A stretch of DNA of 64,000 bases from an uncultured Phycisphaerales bacterium (GCA_963772725.1 CAVYYI010000001.1:128001-192000), one strand, 5' to 3'. Shown: positions 32,436 to 42,951, counted from the stretch's first letter. The notes: generated from the letters alone by a model not told the origin. Program-made: numbers and translations.

Positions 32436-32819
32436 ATGAAGTGGTACCAATCAAATCCTATCAGGTTCGAGATTGAAAAGCGTCTGCTTGCCAGATATCA
32501 CCCTGGCTGCCGGATAATCATAGAAAATGGAGAAATGAAGGTGCAGAAAAGATTTCTCGGCTACAAAGGGCAGTATCTTCTCGAGGGAATATTTTCAGAC
32601 GGGTACCCGTATTCCTCGATGAGATTTTTTATTAGAGAGCCTCGTCTTAGAAACTCTCCTCCGCACAGATACTCTGGCAGCGAGCTTTGCCTTCACGATT
32701 CGGATGATATCGGTCCTGAAACAACCGCAAAGGTATACATGGACTGGGCAATTCAGTGGATACAAACATATGAAAGGTGGCTGGACGGCGTACCCTGGCC
32801 GGAAACCAATAAAGGTTAG
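32436..32819 (+). CDS. Prokaryotic E2 (ubiquitin-conjugating-fold) protein
   Basis: W...P.R...E N-terminal helix, GYP, PPHRYSGSELCL (H77, C85), W..W...YERW...G..WP. Confidence 0.72.
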   Translation: MKWYQSNPIRFEIEKRLLARYHPGCRIIIENGEMKVQKRFLGYKGQYLLEGIFSDGYPYSSMRFFIREPRLRNSPPHRYSGSELCLHDSDDIGPETTAKVYMDWAIQWIQTYERWLDGVPWPETNKG

Positions 32820-32848
32820 TTCATTTAAAAAAGAAAGGATAAAAAATT

Positions 32849-33728
32849 ATGGAACACGATGCATTGATTACATTTGACGCCGCACGAACTATTATCAAAG
32901 ATTCTGCGGATTGTGAAGTTGAAACAGGCGGTGCGATTATAGGCACGTTGAATGACCCGATTACAATAGTTGCAGCCGGCTCACCTGGGAAAAATTCCGT
33001 TCATGCCTCCACCAGTTTTACCTCAGACCCAAAGGCTGATAAACAATGCCTCCAGGAAAGCCGCATAAAATATGGCAATAAAATTACCCTTGGAGGCTGG
33101 TGGCATAAGCATCCTTACGGCCTTATTACGCCCAGCAGCCCAGATTGTTTCCAGGCCAGGGAACTTATCAGGCAATATAATGATGATAAGCCTCTGCTTG
33201 TAGGAATAGTCAACCAGAAGCACATTAGATTCCGGCGAAAGACTACTCTTTACCTTTACAGCATCTATGCCTCCGGGGAAATCTCCGAATGCCGTTGGAA
33301 ATTAGTCGGCAGGAACAACCAGGAATTACTTAATGCCATTGCCAAAGCCGGAGAAGCCAAAAGTTATTACAACGGATTACTGGTCGGATAAAGATTTCAG
33401 GTCATATCTTAACCCTATCGGACGCGAAAGGATAAACAGCGAAATTGAACAGCTAAGGCAAGCCGGCTGGCTGGTAAAAATAGGACGTAACCGTCAAAAT
33501 AAACTGCTGGTATTGAATGTAAGCAAAAGTCATTGCAGCCTGGATTTAACGCTTCCGCCCGAGTTCCCTCTTAATCCTCCAAATGTTGCTGCTATAGACG
33601 GTGGAAGTTTTGCAAGGCTTGAGACTTTGTGCCGATGGAACTCACTTTGCAGGCTCACGGATGTTGTAGCCGAGGCTGAATTAGTGTCGCATTGTCCCCT
33701 CTGTTTAAAGAGGGTAACAGGCGACTAA
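32849..33728 (+). CDS. JAB/MPN+ isopeptidase, probably fused via a frameshift near 33350 to an E2/UEV-like domain
   Basis: ETGG plus HKH-x7-S-x2-D JAMM motif; second frame has ERINSEIEQL...LPPEFPLNPP...WNS..L.DVV. Confidence 0.75.
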
Positions 33729-33763
33729 CGGAATAAACTATAAATAGTAAAAAGGAGCAAAAA

Positions 33764-34942
33764 ATGTATAACAAAATTAATCCATCAAACTATCGTTGCG
33801 TAATATTCTTAAAAGACCAGGCGGACAAAGCCATGCTTAAGCCGCATACACGACTTTACGGAATATTTGTAGATTCTACCGGCTTATTATTCATGACCCC
33901 CTATAAACCACCGGCAGAGAGCCTTGCCTGGCTCGGAATAATCCAGGATAAACCCGGCGAAGAAAATGAACAGCCTCTTCTTATCAATGTCCTGACAGAT
34001 AAAGATTCGTCGATAGCAAGGGGATTCATACATAATAAGCGGATTGAATTACCTGTTGAATTTATTTATGCCGCCAATTGTTACCAAAGAACACCTTTTA
34101 ATAAAACCGAGATGGATATACTGCGAAATGTTCACGTGCTAATATTTGGCTGTGGAACAGGAGGCAGCAAAGCTGCCGTAGAATTTGCCAGGGCAGGAGT
34201 TGGTAAAATGACGTTATGCGATCCTGATAAATTCGAGTTTGCAAACGTCTCTCGCCATGAAGGTGACTTATTGGATGTCGGCAAACCTAAAACACAGCTT
34301 GTCGCCGAGAGAATCTATAAGATTAATCCATCGATACAGATAGAAACTTATTCTGAGAATATTTTTGAAAGCCCTCTAAATCAGGTTGAAGAACTCTTCA
34401 GGGGAAAAGACCTTGTTGTCGCGGCCACCGATGAAACTTCAGTACAACTTCAGATAAATGAGGTTGCTTACAGATTTAAGATTCCGGCAGTATTTGGCGG
34501 CTGCTATGAAGAGGCACGGGGCGGCGAGGTATTATTTGTTCTGCCTGAAAAAAAGCAGCCTTGTCTTGCCTGCCTGAGAAGCGGCTTAAAACAACCGATA
34601 AAAAACAGCAAAATAGATTATAGCACCGCCGTAAGTTCAGATGATTATAAGGGAGAACCCGGCCTTCATGCGGCAATAGATTTTGTAACAAACACTGAAG
34701 TGCTGATATGTATAGGGGTTCTTCTTAGGAAAACAGAAACTTCAGAGCTTGGCAGGCTGATTATGAACACTCCATCCAACTTTATTTTGATAGGAGGAGC
34801 ATTGGCTCAGGGTTTTTACAGGTTCCGCAAACCGTTCGATATATTTTTTCAGCCGTTAAGCGGTCCCAGGAAAACCTGTCCAGTATGCGGAAACTGTGAA
34901 CTGCTTCTCAATGAAATTGTTCCAACAGAAAAGACTAATTGA
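33764..34942 (+). CDS. ThiF/MoeB-family E1-like adenylyltransferase with an N-terminal extension
   Basis: GCGTGG, DPD, NVSRH, GKPK, AATD; zinc ligands CLAC and CPVC. Confidence 0.9.
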   Translation: MYNKINPSNYRCVIFLKDQADKAMLKPHTRLYGIFVDSTGLLFMTPYKPPAESLAWLGIIQDKPGEENEQPLLINVLTDKDSSIARGFIHNKRIELPVEFIYAANCYQRTPFNKTEMDILRNVHVLIFGCGTGGSKAAVEFARAGVGKMTLCDPDKFEFANVSRHEGDLLDVGKPKTQLVAERIYKINPSIQIETYSENIFESPLNQVEELFRGKDLVVAATDETSVQLQINEVAYRFKIPAVFGGCYEEARGGEVLFVLPEKKQPCLACLRSGLKQPIKNSKIDYSTAVSSDDYKGEPGLHAAIDFVTNTEVLICIGVLLRKTETSELGRLIMNTPSNFILIGGALAQGFYRFRKPFDIFFQPLSGPRKTCPVCGNCELLLNEIVPTEKTN

Positions 34943-34959
34943 AAAGGAGGAAACTTGCT

Positions 34960-35136
34960 ATGTCGATTTTAGATATTTTTCGTCAGATTTTTTTATTAAG
35001 TGATTGTGAAAAGCCGGATGATACATCGTTGAGACGCCGAAGAAGTGTATCCAAAGATAAACATATTATCGTAATGAAAAACGGCCTGCAGAAACGCTAC
35101 TGCATCAATAAATATGGCGAGGTCTATGAAGATTGA
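34960..35136 (+). CDS. Small hypothetical protein (58 aa)
   Basis: AGGAGG RBS before ATG 34960; MSILDIFRQ...RYCINKYGEVYED. Confidence 0.55.
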   Translation: MSILDIFRQIFLLSDCEKPDDTSLRRRRSVSKDKHIIVMKNGLQKRYCINKYGEVYED

Positions 35137-35200
35137 GTAAGAATCTGATGTCATGATTTTTTAAAAAGGATCGCTCTTGTGAAAGGAGCCACTATATAAA

Positions 35201-35413
35201 ATGAATCGTAAACTTACACAACAGGAAATGGATTGTGCTTTACATCAGTATCCGCCAATATTAACGCCGGAAGAGGCCGCAGGACTGCTTCGCTTAAAGA
35301 TATCAACTTTGTATCGACATCTTTCAGAAGGCAAATACAGCAAAGCGGTCAAACGGGGAAAACCCGTTCGATTCTGGCGGGACAGGTTGATTCAGGATTT
35401 TATGGCAGAATGA
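35201..35413 (+). CDS. Excisionase-like helix-turn-helix protein
   Basis: ILTPEEAAGLLRLKISTLYRHLSEG...G...RF; directly upstream of the integrase. Confidence 0.8.
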   Translation: MNRKLTQQEMDCALHQYPPILTPEEAAGLLRLKISTLYRHLSEGKYSKAVKRGKPVRFWRDRLIQDFMAE

Positions 35414-35500
35414 TTTTTTTTAAAAAAATATTTGCGCTATAGTTCCAAATGCGCTACACTGGACTTGGTATTGTGAACTATATGATAGAAAGGGCAGAAT

Positions 35501-36787
35501 ATGAAATTAGTAAACCGAGAACGTATTGATGGAACACAAATTACCATCGGGAAAAGAGTGTATTACAAGGATGGCAAAAAAAACACCGCAAAATCCTTTA
35601 GTGCTGAATATACCAATTATGAAGGCAAGCAACAGTGTAAATCCCTTGGCACACGAAATATTGTCCACGCAAGAAGGCGAGCTATAAAAATCCAGGAAAA
35701 TCTTGAAAAGGGAATTGAGCAGGCAAGCCCCTCTAAGATATCGATTGAGGCATTAACGACTCAATATCTTGATATGATAAAAGCCAAGGGAACTGCTCCA
35801 AAAACACAGGCAAAATATGAAACTGATTTGGAAAAACTTAAGGATTTCTGTAACGAAAAAGATATCCGTATGGCTCGTAAATTTTCACAGAATGATTTAT
35901 ATCTGTATCGGCAGTATTTAATGGAGAAAAGAAAGTATGCACCCAAAACCGTACAAGGAGCAATTGTTGTTGCTAAACAGATCTTCAAATGGGCATGGAG
36001 ACAGGGAATTTTACAACAATATCCTCTGGAAGCAGTATCTTTTCCCAAAGCCAAATCCGCTCCTCAGCCTTACTTTACAACTGCCCAGGTTGATGCTTTA
36101 ATCGAAGCAGGAATTGGTGAGGAAAAACTGGCTTTTGCCCTGATGGGTTATGCGGGTCTGCGTATCGGTGAAGTTGAGCAGCTTCGCCGTGAGGATATCA
36201 TCACAAAACAAAAGCAGTTCACTATGCTTCATATCCGGCGAGGCGGCTCCAATGGGACAACTAAAGATAAAGACGAACGCTTTGTGCCGGTACATCCTAA
36301 GGTTGCAGAACTGTTAAAGAAGTTCAAATATGTCCAGGGTATTCTGCTTCCTGGTATCGGTGAAAGAACATTACTCAAACGTCTCAAGATTTTATGTGCC
36401 AAGTGCAAGTTTGAGAATCCAACTCAATACAAACTACATTCTTTCAGGCACCATTTTGCCAGTATGTGTGCAAACCACAGGGTTGCCTACAGAAAAGCAT
36501 TGTCCTGGCTGGGACATAGCTCTTCGGAGATGCTTGACCTTTACTACCACCTGCACGACGAGGACAGCCAAAACGCTATGATGGAACTTGCAAAGTCTTA
36601 TGAAACTGAAAATATACCTGCCCCAAATAAGGACAGTTTAAGGGCAACGGGGGAGTCTAAAATAGTAAGCAATCCACAAGTGCCTGAATTGCAAGAACTT
36701 ATGGACGTAATTTTAGCGGATATGGGAAAAACGGAGAGGGCGGGATTCGAACCCGCGGTAGAGGTTTATACCCCTACGACGGTTTAG
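35501..36787 (+). CDS. Tyrosine recombinase/integrase; C-terminus runs antisense into tRNA-Ser
   Basis: GLRIGE (R), TKDK (K), HSFRH, LGH, LDLYYH (Y). Confidence 0.93.
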   Translation: MKLVNRERIDGTQITIGKRVYYKDGKKNTAKSFSAEYTNYEGKQQCKSLGTRNIVHARRRAIKIQENLEKGIEQASPSKISIEALTTQYLDMIKAKGTAPKTQAKYETDLEKLKDFCNEKDIRMARKFSQNDLYLYRQYLMEKRKYAPKTVQGAIVVAKQIFKWAWRQGILQQYPLEAVSFPKAKSAPQPYFTTAQVDALIEAGIGEEKLAFALMGYAGLRIGEVEQLRREDIITKQKQFTMLHIRRGGSNGTTKDKDERFVPVHPKVAELLKKFKYVQGILLPGIGERTLLKRLKILCAKCKFENPTQYKLHSFRHHFASMCANHRVAYRKALSWLGHSSSEMLDLYYHLHDEDSQNAMMELAKSYETENIPAPNKDSLRATGESKIVSNPQVPELQELMDVILADMGKTERAGFEPAVEVYTPTTV

Positions 36788-36822
36788 CAAACCGTTACCT
36801 TCAGCCGCTCGGTCACCTCTCC
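36732..36822 (-). tRNA. tRNA-Ser(GCT)
   Basis: GGAGAGG acceptor stem, ACGGT-TTGCTAA-ACCGT anticodon arm, long variable arm, GGTTCGAATCC; CCA not encoded. Confidence 0.95.
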
Positions 36823-37027
36823 GAAGCACATAATGATAAATTTTACTTCGACACCAATATTCTTTAGCTTTCGCAAAAGACAATACTCCATTATATTCAA
36901 GACTCACAGTCTTATCAAGAATAAAAATCTGTTAAAAATATTGCGAACCTTCAATAGGCGAACAAAAAAGTCCTTTAAGCCATTGTTTTTGGTCTTAATC
37001 CCGTTTCAGTGAGCATCTGGATATCTT

Positions 37028-39488
37028 TTATTGATTGGCGTCCTCTCCGCCGCTGGGCATTCCAGGGAAAAACCGCATCATGTTCTTAAGCGGCATTTCC
37101 TCAACGGCGTCAAATTTAAGGTCTGCCAGACGGGTTTTCCCCATCCATTCCACGGTGATACGCACTGATTTTTTGCCTTGCTCTTTTGCTTTTTTTATAG
37201 CCGATACAAATTCATCCACATCACCTATCTGCTGTTCATCAATAGCTCGAATCAATTCAAAGGCGTTTATCCTTGCAAGCGCCGTTGGCGTCCCCTGTTC
37301 AACTTTGGAAACAACGATGGCCTTATCATTATCCGATAATTTCAGAGCCGCACGAACTTCATACGTCAGGTTCTTAACCGTAATACCCAGATTTTTATTT
37401 TTATATTTTTTGGCGCCGAATGAATCCGGGGCGCCTGCTCTATTGTAAATTCTTTCTGCAGTATCTTTCCTTCGTGAACATAGCTAAGTTGAACCGCAGT
37501 ACCTTCTCCAATGGCTTTCAGCAATCTGTTAAGATAATTATCCTGACTTGGCCAAGGCCGTTTTCGCGGCATATTGTAACCCATATTTTGGAATTCCTCA
37601 GGAATATCCCCATTTCCAAAATCAGGAGAGTCATAATCGTGGTCTCTTCTTACTTTAAGCTCAATTGGCCAAGGTGCTTCAGCCAAACTTAATTTCAGCA
37701 GAATGTCACCTTCTGTTAATCCAATCTTTGATGCCGGAGAATTAGGATAAACACGGTTTATCATCAACCCTATCCGGCCGTCCTCAGTTTGTCGACGCAG
37801 ATTCATCTGTTTAGCGGTCTCTTTATTTAAGCTTGCAAATTCTACGCCAAGCCACGCTCTTTTTTTCTGTTCTTCCTTCGTCAAAGGTTTAATGAAGCTG
37901 TCATAATGAGAACTTAAATCTTTCATAAATGCCGCCAGATGTTCATTATCCAGTATTTGCTCTACCTCGTCTGAATTTGTCCAGCTACTGTATGACCGGC
38001 GAATTCCTCGTCCGCCGAGGAAAAACGAAGAGGAACTCTCATCATCCGAACCCATGAGGTATGGAAAGATTCTTTCGTAGTCTCTTCTAGCCGCCGTATA
38101 AACTCCGACAAAATGCCCATCTTTATCAAGAAGCCAGCATCTGTCTTTTATCTCGTTATCCAGCTCGCGATATAGTTTGTTTTCATAACCGCGTTTCTTG
38201 AGAATCCACCGGCTATAATCAACGACCAAATCCTTGCCGGCAAGCTCACGAGCGTAAGCCGTCCAGAACGGTTTTACTCTTTGAAGGTTTAACCGGCTAT
38301 CGACAACGACAACATTATTCAGTTTGGCATCGTTTAACTGGATAACAGTCGCCCCGAATTCCTTAAGTACACCAGCGAATTTTGCAGGCAGATATTCTTT
38401 GCCTGCCTCAACAGTTATGGTGTCTATTCCGGCAGCCATTGCCTGTTCCATCGCAAATGGGAGCAGCAGCTTGTCCGGTGCGATGGCAAGACCATAAGCC
38501 AGAATTTCTTTTTCTCCGTCACCACCTCCGCGCAACCCCTCCAGAATGAAGCGTACATCCCCATATCGTATTCGTCATCTTCTTTAGGAGGAAGCCTGAA
38601 TGTGAATTTGACCTGGTAAAGATATTTGGAAAAATTTTCTTTTATTTCAGTTTCCGCTGTCTGGCGTTTTATCCCTGGATCCGCAAGAATATCGCTGCCT
38701 TTCCACGCTGGGGCATCTTTTCCCGTTTCAATCATATTATAAGCGCTTATACCAAGTACCAGTCCGTTGGCATCGCAAATGATCTTGGGTTGACGATAGT
38801 GAGACATAAGGAAGTAATCAGGAATAGCGGACAGGTTGTCGCTGCTGCGAACAGGCTGGGCAATTGCCACATGAGAATAATCTTTTTTCTCATCTAAGTA
38901 GTTGGTTAATTCGCACCCCGTACAAGAACAACCTTCATGCTCAATTCCCGGAGACAGGAAAATATAATACAACTTGGAGTTGTTGCCGGGAGTTGCCGGT
39001 GATGCGACGAAATCCAGGGATTTCCATTTTTCCGGCATTGCACTTTTCAAACGAATAATCTGACCGGGGGTACAGGTCAATATTCTGTCCTGTTCCGCAT
39101 CTAATGTCTGTCCGTCCGGGCCTGTAACTGTCATTTTCTCAATCATCTCAGGCTTAAAATAATTATCAGCTATAAAGATATGGCCGTCTTTACTTATTAT
39201 GACCCCGACGGCATCCGTAGTCTGTTTATCGAGAATCTTTTTGAGCGTCTCCTGTTCTTCATACTCATCCAAATTATAGTCGTCATCATCGGCGGGGGGC
39301 TGTGGCCTCTTACTCTTTTTAAAATAATAATGCGCCGTAACAAAACTCGGCAAACAATTGTTCCGGATTTTTGTTTCCTTTGCCCGCTGTTCAACTTCAT
39401 CCTTGCTTTGGACCGCTGCAAAAACGACTTCTGTAAACAATAAACCTGCAATGGCCGCAAAAAATGTACACAGTATTTTAGTTTTCAT
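37028..39488 (-). CDS. Large secreted PDZ-domain protein with degenerate trypsin-like regions (split by two frameshifts)
   Basis: Signal peptide; GVIISKDGHI; RAWLGV...VYPNSPA...GDIL PDZ signature; adjacent to the HtrA gene. Confidence 0.6.
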
Positions 39489-39490
39489 AA

Positions 39491-40885
39491 CTATTCCTCT
39501 TCATAATCTTTAGTGTAATCCAGCACAACCCATTTGCGAAGACCGCTTCGCATTATCTCAAACATTATTTTCTTTTCATATTTTTTCTCAGCGATAATCC
39601 GCTCATATATCTCTTTGACGTCCGCTGCCGTTTGCACTTCTTTTTTGTCGATTCTTGTAATCACATCACCTTCCTGCAGCCCTGAGTTATCAGCGTTGCC
39701 GGGATACTTAATACCACGCACATAAACACCCTGGCCATACATGTAATACAAATTCTGGTCGTGATACTTGTTGATTTCCTTAACGGTCATATTCCATCTG
39801 CGGCAGTCAAAATCCTCTCCTTCCAATTTGCCTTTCTCCTCTGGTGACAATTTTACGGTCATTTCCTCGCCGCCTCTTAGAATCTTCATCTCGATATCTT
39901 TTCCAACCGGCAAATCTGCCAGCAGGCGCCATATTGCCGGCAGCATCTCAGCGTAATTGCCGTCCACCCGGCCGCCGCCCACTTCAATCAGAATATCACC
40001 GGCACGTATTTTCGATCCAGCGGCAGGGCTGTTTTCCTCGACACCGGCAATTAGAACCCCTCTGTCGCTATTTATAAAGGTATTGCTGTTGAAATCCTTC
40101 AGTGACTGAAGCCGCAGCCCGGAATACGAGCGAATAATTTTTCCGTCCCGTTTAAGACGTTCTGCAATATCTTTGACTATAGGCGCAGGAATACTGAACC
40201 CCAAACCGCTGCCGAATACCCCAAGCGTGTTTATCCCGACAATCCTGCCTTCTGTATTTATCAGAGGTCCGCCTGAATTTCCAGGATTTATTGCCGCGTC
40301 CGTCTGGAGCCACGTGTTATATTTATACTCGGTCTCAAAACCGATGTATCGCTGCGCATTGGAAATAATGCCCAGACTTATCGATCGCTGAAATCCGAAC
40401 GGACTTCCCAGTGCCATTACAAAGTCACCCTCAATGACTTCGTTATCGGCAAACTTGCCGTAGGGCAGGGGGGCATCGTTAACTTCAAATGGCAGCTTCA
40501 ATAACGCAAGGTCTGTATCCTTGTCCGAACCTATTAATTTTACAGGAACCTGCCGCTTGTCATATAAAACGCAATTAATCGCGATTGCTTTGTCGATTAC
40601 ATGATGATTGGTAATTGCGTATCCGTCAGGGCTTATAATAACCCCCGAGCCGAATACTTCCTGCTGTTTCTTTTCGCCGCTTTCGTATTCTTCTACAATC
40701 GGTTTGACAAATATAAGCGCTGGAAATACTTCTTTTTTGGCGTTCGTGATAATTTTCCGGAAATCCAGTTTCTCGGTAGGTTCCGAAGAATTTATATGCG
40801 GTGGGGGAGAGCAGGAAATCATAATGAAAGCTGAAATTAATAAACAAAAAAAGTATCCGCACCTCAAGAAAACAGTTTTCGTCAT
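39491..40885 (-). CDS. HtrA/DegP-like serine protease with two PDZ domains
   Basis: GSGVII, TNHHV, DLALLK, QTDAAINPGNSGGPL. Confidence 0.92.
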   Translation of the reverse strand: MTKTVFLRCGYFFCLLISAFIMISCSPPPHINSSEPTEKLDFRKIITNAKKEVFPALIFVKPIVEEYESGEKKQQEVFGSGVIISPDGYAITNHHVIDKAIAINCVLYDKRQVPVKLIGSDKDTDLALLKLPFEVNDAPLPYGKFADNEVIEGDFVMALGSPFGFQRSISLGIISNAQRYIGFETEYKYNTWLQTDAAINPGNSGGPLINTEGRIVGINTLGVFGSGLGFSIPAPIVKDIAERLKRDGKIIRSYSGLRLQSLKDFNSNTFINSDRGVLIAGVEENSPAAGSKIRAGDILIEVGGGRVDGNYAEMLPAIWRLLADLPVGKDIEMKILRGGEEMTVKLSPEEKGKLEGEDFDCRRWNMTVKEINKYHDQNLYYMYGQGVYVRGIKYPGNADNSGLQEGDVITRIDKKEVQTAADVKEIYERIIAEKKYEKKIMFEIMRSGLRKWVVLDYTKDYEEE

Positions 40886-40995
40886 TGGCCGCCTCTCTGT
40901 TATTTCAAAAAAGAATCTCTGTTAAAAGTCTGATACTGATGTTTATATATCCGGCAAATCTATATGTCAAGTAATATGATTTGGAAAAAGAAAGT

Positions 40996-42951
40996 TCAAT
41001 CTTGTATTGCCAGTGCGATGCGGAATATTGCCCCTGTCGGTTTGGCGGTAACTATCTCAACAAAACCATTATGTGCCTCGGCGAATTTTTTCACCAGTGC
41101 AAGTCCCAGCCCCGTTCCGGCGGTTTCACGCGTCGATTCAGCCTCACATCTATAAAACTGGTCGAACACTTTTTTCCTTTGATAACGCGGTATCCCCGGC
41201 CCGCGGTCTTCGACCTCTATTATAATATATTTGCTTTCGCTGCGTGTCCGCACAATAACAGTTTTATTCCCCGCGTTGCGTGCGTACTTAATCGCGTTGT
41301 CCAGCAGGTTCACAACTATCTGCGTAACCGCGTCGTGGTCGAAAGCCGCCTGTCCGCATTGTCCGAAATCAGTCTGTATCGAAAAGCCGTTCTGCTCCGC
41401 GTAAGGCGTCATCATTTTAATCACCGCCGCGATACATTGATTTATATCGCCGAGTGTGAATGAATACTTCTTTTTGCCCCTTTGTATTCTCGAAAAGTCC
41501 AGTACGTTTTCTATCAGGCGGCTTAACCTTTCACTTTCCTGACGCATATTCGTGTAATATTCCGCCTGCTTATCCTGCGATTTGACCCAGTTCTTTTCAA
41601 GCATTTCAGAATACATTCGTATCGAGGTCAGCGGCGTCCTTAGTTCGTGTGACACCGCCGATATGAAATCATCCTTTTTCTGTGCCAGCTTTAACTGAGC
41701 CGCCGCGTTTCGCCACAAACTCAAAAGACCCAGTGTTACCGCCAGAAACACCACCGCGATAATACTGAAATACCAGTTCCGCAGCTGACTTATTTGTTTT
41801 GTTATCCAGCCTGGGTCTGTCTCGCTCAGATTCAATACTAAATCACCAAATCCGAAATTCAAAATCGCCGCGTAAGTTGCGTCATCTTTTGGGCTTTGTG
41901 AAAGTTTGAAATCCATCCCTTTTCGTGTCTTCATAGCCGCTGCCGCTGAACCGCGTATCTCATTAATCAGCTTTTCAGTATCAAGCTGAAAGCCCTGCAG
42001 AAAATGCCTTCCTTCGATCTGAACGCGTCTTAAAAGAAAAACCTGTCCGTCAAAAAATGAAGATTCCCCATTTTTGCCTGCCACAATTATCGGGACAAAC
42101 GGCTCGATTTTTATCTCGATGGTTTCACTCTGCCTTTTCGAATTAATCTCCTGTGGCATAATAATGTCGTCCATCATACTATCTGATTGTGCCGCTTTTA
42201 ATTTATTCTCGCCTTCCGCCTCTATTTGAGAGTCGTTGCTTCTGGTATTTTCTGTGTTTTGCATCATATTTGACGCTGCTACCGCTCGCTGCTGCATAAC
42301 AACCTGAGCCTGCTGAGATTCCTGGGTTAAACTCTTAATAGGGTATTCTTTAGCCTGCTGATTGCTTCGCGATTTTGAGCCCGCTTGCCGATATACTTGC
42401 TCGGCTTTAGTTTGCGATTCACTTTGTGAAGGCCTGCGCACTTCTGAGGCCTGAGAAGCGGAAAAGGTAAAAGTGCCGCCTGCCATGTTTAATCGCGGCA
42501 GAAGGTTCCGTTCAAGATTCGCGATATAAGCTCTGGCCTTTTGTGAAAGGCCGTTTTTGTCCGCACCATTTACCTGGCCTCTGTCGTAATAAGGTGTAAT
42601 AATTGTGCCGTCCGATTCAATCTGGAAATATCCGTACGCGAGTCCCTGCTCCATACCGCCGGCTAGCGGTGAACGCAACAGCGGCATTTGCTGTACCTGC
42701 TGCTGTGCCGTATTTTCAGGCACGTAATAATACTGGTAATCGGTATAAGGCCGACTCTGCTCTTTCCTGATGAATTCATCGAGTTTGCGTTTAACATCCT
42801 GCCTGATTTGCTCTGCCGTAGCGGCGAATTCTCCCAGACGCGCACCATCCATTCCGCTGGCCTGAATTTCTATCGCGCGGTACCCTAGCCACGTTAGTCC
42901 CGCAAACGCACAAAAAATAATTACCGATAATATTATCAGCCGCCGATACAT
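40996..42951 (-). CDS. Membrane sensor histidine kinase
   Basis: Two TM segments, SHELRTPL, NLLDNAIKY, DRGPGI, GTGLGL. Confidence 0.92.
   Translation of the reverse strand: MYRRLIILSVIIFCAFAGLTWLGYRAIEIQASGMDGARLGEFAATAEQIRQDVKRKLDEFIRKEQSRPYTDYQYYYVPENTAQQQVQQMPLLRSPLAGGMEQGLAYGYFQIESDGTIITPYYDRGQVNGADKNGLSQKARAYIANLERNLLPRLNMAGGTFTFSASQASEVRRPSQSESQTKAEQVYRQAGSKSRSNQQAKEYPIKSLTQESQQAQVVMQQRAVAASNMMQNTENTRSNDSQIEAEGENKLKAAQSDSMMDDIIMPQEINSKRQSETIEIKIEPFVPIIVAGKNGESSFFDGQVFLLRRVQIEGRHFLQGFQLDTEKLINEIRGSAAAAMKTRKGMDFKLSQSPKDDATYAAILNFGFGDLVLNLSETDPGWITKQISQLRNWYFSIIAVVFLAVTLGLLSLWRNAAAQLKLAQKKDDFISAVSHELRTPLTSIRMYSEMLEKNWVKSQDKQAEYYTNMRQESERLSRLIENVLDFSRIQRGKKKYSFTLGDINQCIAAVIKMMTPYAEQNGFSIQTDFGQCGQAAFDHDAVTQIVVNLLDNAIKYARNAGNKTVIVRTRSESKYIIIEVEDRGPGIPRYQRKKVFDQFYRCEAESTRETAGTGLGLALVKKFAEAHNGFVEIVTAKPTGAIFRIALAIQD

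Larger units (their letters stand above)
16815..36762. mobile_element. Genomic island integrated at the 3' end of tRNA-Ser(GCT); left boundary uncertain
   Basis: xis-int abutting the tRNA 3' end, two IS elements, AT-rich accessory cargo; no second att copy found by eye. Confidence 0.7.

Noticed and set aside
32436..34942. Canonical CBASS, Pycsar or Bil system, or thiamine/molybdopterin biosynthesis
   Set aside because: No nucleotidyltransferase or cyclase, no Gly-terminated beta-grasp protein and no thi/moa genes recognisable nearby
27566..36787. Prophage or complete conjugative ICE
   Set aside because: No capsid, terminase, tail, relaxase or recognisable mating-pair genes; only one ATPase, xis and int
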